The notes under the pieces: model-generated
Seen by the model: only the letters and a program-made list of their open reading frames with translations
Database searches by the model: none
Told to the model about the DNA's origin: nothing
In this document: in pieces, positions 57,818 to 64,000 of the stretch
How positions within the stretch are numbered: the first letter of the stretch is position 1
How the letters are laid out: every line of letters starts with the position of its first letter
From: Candidatus Saccharimonadota bacterium
GTDB lineage: Bacteria; Patescibacteriota; Saccharimonadia; Saccharimonadales; Saccharimonadaceae
NCBI GenBank assembly: GCA_041691795.1
Contig: JBEPTX010000004.1
Location: 78,084 to 142,083, forward strand
Length of the DNA stretch: 64,000 nt
Direction: 5' to 3'
Translations under genes and position numbers: made by a program

Positions 57818-58987
57818 CTACAGAGTGCCTGTATTGAGAGTATGGCGGATGATACGAATTTCTTTTTTGAGTTGTTTGGTCCTGAGGTAGAAGTAAACGA
57901 CGATCGCAGAAAGCATGCTAGCAAAAACGATATTTTCGAACAGCCCTAGTGTAGGCAATGAATTGGTAGTACTTTCAACGACTTTTGCGACTGGGCAGTC
58001 GATACGAATATTGCTTGTGGTACCGAATGAACCATTCAAGATGCAGTCGTAAGAGGTGCCATTGCTTTGACCGGTCCCTGTTGCTGGAATAGGGCTACGG
58101 ACTTGCACGACAAAGGTGCGCTGCTGTGTTTTGCCAGGGGCGAGGCTGATTGGTGGCCAGGCAAGTGTCTGGGTCTCATTATCTACAACCGCTCCGCCAT
58201 TATCTGTAATTGTGGCATATTCCAAAATGTCAGACAAAGGAACAGTCAGCGGGACGAGTTGTGGGGTTGAGCCACTATTTTTGGCGATGATTGTGTAGCT
58301 TAGTAGGTCACTTGCATGAGCGGTGGTACTTGTGGCTTGGATGGCTCCCTGAGTTAAGTTGACTGCAGAGATCTGTTCTTTGATGGCTGAGCTTGGTTTA
58401 AGAGCGCCATTTGGGAGCGTTTTGGTGACAAGGTTGCCGCAATTTTTTAGGATTGCAAACCAACCGAGACTTGCGGATTTACCAATCCAGGCTTGGTAAG
58501 TTGGTGCACCACTGCTTGTATCCCAGAGATGCAGGGGTGCAATATAGGCAGTTCCAGTCTGGCCGTCATCTGTTTTGGTATATGAAAACGGCACTTCGCC
58601 TTGCGCACTACCAAATTCGGCATCGCGGCCCATGACCAGAACGTCATCATGCGAACTGACCGTTCCTGCTTGTATAGTATTAATTTCATCACGGCTTATT
58701 CCAGCTGTCGTGAAAATATCTTTTATATTTACCTCATTTGCATCGTAGCGAGCCAGAAAATCTTCTTTACTACTAATGCCACCTCTTATGAGGTCTTGTG
58801 AACTGGATGCATTCGCTGATTCAGTTGGTGAAAAAATAACGAGAGATTGCACGACCAAAGCTAATACAGTAAAGACAATTGTCAGCTGACGCGTCGCCTC
58901 TTCTTTGCGCAAACGATGCGCATAAAAACCGATCTCATGGATAAGAGCGGGGCTAAAGGATAGGTTTGCTACCAATTTCCGGAACAT
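57818..58987 (-). CDS. Surface protein with DUF11/CARDB-like repeat domain, N- and C-terminal TM anchors
   Basis: LSYTIIAKNSGSTPQLVPLTVPLSDILEYATITDNGGAVVDNETQTLAWPPISLAPGKTQQRTFVVQV resembles the conserved repeat domain. Hydrophobic segments at both ends. Confidence 0.55.
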   Translation of the reverse strand: MFRKLVANLSFSPALIHEIGFYAHRLRKEEATRQLTIVFTVLALVVQSLVIFSPTESANASSSQDLIRGGISSKEDFLARYDANEVNIKDIFTTAGISRDEINTIQAGTVSSHDDVLVMGRDAEFGSAQGEVPFSYTKTDDGQTGTAYIAPLHLWDTSSGAPTYQAWIGKSASLGWFAILKNCGNLVTKTLPNGALKPSSAIKEQISAVNLTQGAIQATSTTAHASDLLSYTIIAKNSGSTPQLVPLTVPLSDILEYATITDNGGAVVDNETQTLAWPPISLAPGKTQQRTFVVQVRSPIPATGTGQSNGTSYDCILNGSFGTTSNIRIDCPVAKVVESTTNSLPTLGLFENIVFASMLSAIVVYFYLRTKQLKKEIRIIRHTLNTGTL

Positions 58988-59093
58988 TTTTTTTGTTTTT
59001 AATTCCTCTTGTGTTTTACATTAGCATAACAAATATGTTCAGGCAATAGGCTTGAGTGAACACAATTTGTTCTGTATAATGAAGTAAATGTAA

Positions 59094-61103
<2,010 letters not shown>

Positions 61104-61105
61104 TC

Positions 61106-63649
61106 ATGAATGACGACGAAATTATCGATCTAAACGAAGACAACACGCCGATTGAAGAACAGGTAGTAGTGCCGCAAACTCATTCACGTATCGTTGAAAA
61201 CCTCTCAGTAGAAAACGTTATGGAAGATAGCTTCCTGCGCTATTCAATGAGTGTCATTATCGATCGTGCACTTCCAGACGTTCGAGATGGTATGAAGCCT
61301 GTTCACCGCCGTATCCTATACAGCATGGGTGAACAAAACCTTCGCCCAGGCGGAAGATTCCTAAAAAGTGCTCGTATCGTCGGTGACGTGATGGGTAAAT
61401 ATCACCCACACGGTGATTCCTCTATCTACCTCTCAATGGTTCGTTTGGCACAGGATTGGGTTATGCGCTATCCATTGGTTAATGGCCAGGGTAACTATGG
61501 CTCGATGGACGGAGATCCACCAGCCGCGAGTCGTTACACCGAGGCACGCCTCGGGCGAGCTGGTAATGAACTACTTGATGATCTTGATAAAGATACTGTT
61601 GATTTCCGCGATAACTACGATGGCACCGAACAGGAACCATCAGTATTACCAGCGAAACTGCCTAATCTTCTACTCAATGGCCAAATTGGTATTGCTGTGG
61701 GTATGGCGACCAATATTCCACCGCATAACCTCGGTGAGCTTGTCGACGCAACGGTACATTTGATTGATAATCCAGAGACAACAACGGTTGATGATCTCTT
61801 GAAATACGTCAAGGGGCCTGATTTCCCGACTGGGGCAATTGTGTATGGCGGTGCACCAATGAAGCAAGCGTACCAAACTGGGCGTGGGAGTGTCATGATC
61901 CGTGCAGTGACCACTATCGAAGAAACCAAAAAAGGTCGTAGCCAGATTATCATAACCGAGATGCCGTACGGTGTTAACAAGGCAACATTGATTGAAAAGA
62001 TTGCCGAACTTCACAAAGACAAGAAGATCTTGATTAGTGATCTTCGTGATGAATCTGCAAGGGGTAAGGTTCGTGTTGTTATTGAGCTACGCAAGGACGC
62101 CTATCCAAAGAAGGTCTTGAACCAACTGTTTAAATTAACCGCTATGCAGACAAGCTTCCACTTCAATATGCTGGCGCTCATCGAGGGTATTCAGCCAAAA
62201 GTCCTTGGTCTTCATGAAATTCTCGATGAATTTGTGAAACATCGTCGTATTGTCGTGCGTCGTCGAACCGAATTTGAGCTAAAGGCTGCAAAGGCTCGTG
62301 CTCATATCCTTGAAGGCTACAAAATTGCACTTGATCATATCGACGAAGTCATTAAGCTAATCCGAGCGAGCAAGACAAGCGAAGATGCTCAGGAAGGCTT
62401 GATGAAGAAGTTTGGACTTTCTGAGATTCAGGCGCAAGCCATCTTGGCTATGCAGCTACGTCGTTTGACAGGGCTGGAACGAGATAAAATCGAACAAGAG
62501 CTCAAGGAATTACTGGCTTTGATTGAGAAACTCGAAGCAATCCTTGCGAGTGAATCGGAAATTCTGCGTATTATCAAAGAAGAACTTCTAGAACTTAAAG
62601 AGAAGTTTGGCGATGATCGCCGTAGTCAGATGATTAACCACGAACTTGGTAAGTTTAGCGATGAAGAGCTTATTCCAGAGGAAGACTCTGTGATCTTGCT
62701 GACGACTGAAAACTACATCAAGCGAACACTTGTCAGCGAATATCGCCGCCAACACCGTGGTGGCAAGGGCAAACGAGGTATGACTACCAAGGAAGAAGAT
62801 ATCATCGATCAGCTGATCCCAGCCAGTACACATGATTATCTCCTCTTCTTTACGAACCGTGGTCGAATCTTCCGCCTCAAGGCCTACGAAGTACCAGCTG
62901 CAAGCTTGCAGGCCAAGGGCGTCGCAGCAGTTAATCTGTTACAACTTCAACCGGAAGAGAAGATTACCTCGATTATTCGTCACGAAAAAGATTCCAAAGA
63001 TGATGGCTATCTATTCATGGCGACCATCAAGGGGACGATTAAGAAAACACCACTGAAAGATTACGCGAATATTCGCACCAATGGTCTGATCGCAATTAAA
63101 CTAGACGACGGTGACGAACTACGCTGGATTAAGAAAACAACTGGTGAAAACGACGTGATTGTCTCGACATCAGCTGGACAGGCAGTCCGCTTTAACGAAA
63201 AAGATGCTCGTCCAATGGGACGTACCGCCAGGGGTGTGAGAGGCGTTCGCCTCCGACCAAATGACTGGGTTGTTGGTATGGATATCGTCGATGATGATGG
63301 TCGCAGCTTGCTGGTGATTAGCCAGAACGGCTACGGAAAAGCAACGAAAGTTGCTAACTTCCCAAGTCACAAACGAGGTGGTGTTGGTATCAAGGCGGCG
63401 GTTGTCACCGCCAAAACTGGCCCAATCATTGCTGTGCGTACGCTCGATACAGATGCCAGTGAGGTGTTACTGATTTCGAACAAGGGACAGGCGATTCGGG
63501 TTGGTTTGAAAGATATTCCAACACTCGGTCGCACGACTCAAGGCGTCCGAATCATGCGTATGAGTGAAGGTGACAAAGTGTCATCACTTGGCCTGATGCC
63601 AGAACAAGTGGCCGTTGAAGAAGGCGAAGAAACAGAGGAAGAACAGTAG
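61106..63649 (+). CDS. gyrA: DNA gyrase subunit A
   Basis: [45 protein letters not shown] (catalytic Tyr), C-terminal beta-pinwheel repeats. Confidence 0.95.
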   Translation: MNDDEIIDLNEDNTPIEEQVVVPQTHSRIVENLSVENVMEDSFLRYSMSVIIDRALPDVRDGMKPVHRRILYSMGEQNLRPGGRFLKSARIVGDVMGKYHPHGDSSIYLSMVRLAQDWVMRYPLVNGQGNYGSMDGDPPAASRYTEARLGRAGNELLDDLDKDTVDFRDNYDGTEQEPSVLPAKLPNLLLNGQIGIAVGMATNIPPHNLGELVDATVHLIDNPETTTVDDLLKYVKGPDFPTGAIVYGGAPMKQAYQTGRGSVMIRAVTTIEETKKGRSQIIITEMPYGVNKATLIEKIAELHKDKKILISDLRDESARGKVRVVIELRKDAYPKKVLNQLFKLTAMQTSFHFNMLALIEGIQPKVLGLHEILDEFVKHRRIVVRRRTEFELKAAKARAHILEGYKIALDHIDEVIKLIRASKTSEDAQEGLMKKFGLSEIQAQAILAMQLRRLTGLERDKIEQELKELLALIEKLEAILASESEILRIIKEELLELKEKFGDDRRSQMINHELGKFSDEELIPEEDSVILLTTENYIKRTLVSEYRRQHRGGKGKRGMTTKEEDIIDQLIPASTHDYLLFFTNRGRIFRLKAYEVPAASLQAKGVAAVNLLQLQPEEKITSIIRHEKDSKDDGYLFMATIKGTIKKTPLKDYANIRTNGLIAIKLDDGDELRWIKKTTGENDVIVSTSAGQAVRFNEKDARPMGRTARGVRGVRLRPNDWVVGMDIVDDDGRSLLVISQNGYGKATKVANFPSHKRGGVGIKAAVVTAKTGPIIAVRTLDTDASEVLLISNKGQAIRVGLKDIPTLGRTTQGVRIMRMSEGDKVSSLGLMPEQVAVEEGEETEEEQ

Positions 63650-63650
63650 T

Positions 63651-64000
63651 ATGGATCATATTTCGCCCTACATTGCCGCAATCTTGGCAGCCTGGGTAGT
63701 TGCTCAGGGGGCGAAATATATTCTAATGGCGATCAAAGAGAAAAGTTTCAATAGCTTTCGCCATCTGTATCTCTCTGGTAATATGCCGAGCGCCCACACC
63801 GCAACTGTCGCTGCACTACTGACAGTTATCGCACTTCGTGACCATGTGAGCTCGGGGTTGTTTGGTCTGGCGACACTGTTTGCCGCGATTGTTATGTATG
63901 ATGCCGTAATGGTACGACGTTCATCTGGCGAACAGGGTGATGCGATTCAACAGCTTATCAAAGAGCAAAATAGTAAGGTAAAATTACCTCGAGCGGCCAA
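63651..64000 (+). CDS. Divergent PAP2-family (DUF212-like) membrane protein, 3' end cut by window edge
   Basis: ATG 63651, one nt after the gyrA stop. Open to the window end. MDHISPYIAAILAAWVVAQGAKY...SGNMPSAHTATVAAL matches the SGGMPSSHSA-type motif. Not in the ORF track because no stop is reached. Confidence 0.6.
   Translation, partial: MDHISPYIAAILAAWVVAQGAKYILMAIKEKSFNSFRHLYLSGNMPSAHTATVAALLTVIALRDHVSSGLFGLATLFAAIVMYDAVMVRRSSGEQGDAIQQLIKEQNSKVKLPRAA

Overview
This is a gene-dense chromosomal window of about 45-50% G+C. It uses the standard genetic code, with TGA as a stop codon. I infer a Patescibacteria/CPR organism, probably Saccharibacteria (TM7), but no database search was possible. 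The inference rests on five things: a monoderm-style type IV pilus (T4P) locus with no secretin, many giant prepilin-like proteins, cohesin-like and DUF11-like surface proteins, a ThrRS lacking its N-terminal domain, and pervasive 1-20 nt gene overlaps.

Housekeeping genes present: rnj, ftsK, rpsF-ssb-rpsR, efp, tlyA, ychF, xer-type recombinase, uppP, ndk, sodA, thrS, miaA, rpmB, infC-rpmI-rplT, comM, gyrB-gyrA.

Stable RNAs: five tRNAs (Arg-CCT, Asp-GTC, Thr-CGT, Gly-CCC, Val-GAC, all with encoded CCA), RNase P RNA, tmRNA, and a T-box leader in front of thrS.

Pilus genes: a complete T4P locus runs from 18.7 to 30.4 kb (pilMNO, pilB, pilT, pilC, pilin, pilD, four pseudopilin/PilX-like genes). 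It is preceded by a TPR protein and a 736-aa vWA protein. A second accessory minor-pilin operon lies at 4.8-9.1 kb.

The least explained parts are:
(1) The segment downstream of ssrA (51.8-59 kb). It has long AT-rich spacers, a promoter-to-terminator-bounded structured RNA candidate, and a module of unknown proteins around an orphan membrane-anchored TraD/VirD4-like ATPase.
(2) The giant prepilin/PilX paralogs, which share a Cys-containing C-terminal module.
(3) GC-rich accessory cassettes, including a CalA-type secreted lipase that looks acquired from a high-GC (host-like) donor.
(4) A recurring TGCTAnnnT extended -10 promoter, often placed 6-8 nt from the ATG, which implies leaderless mRNAs.

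No CRISPR array, transposase, prophage or rRNA was seen. All functional calls come from motifs read by eye, and none was verified by search.
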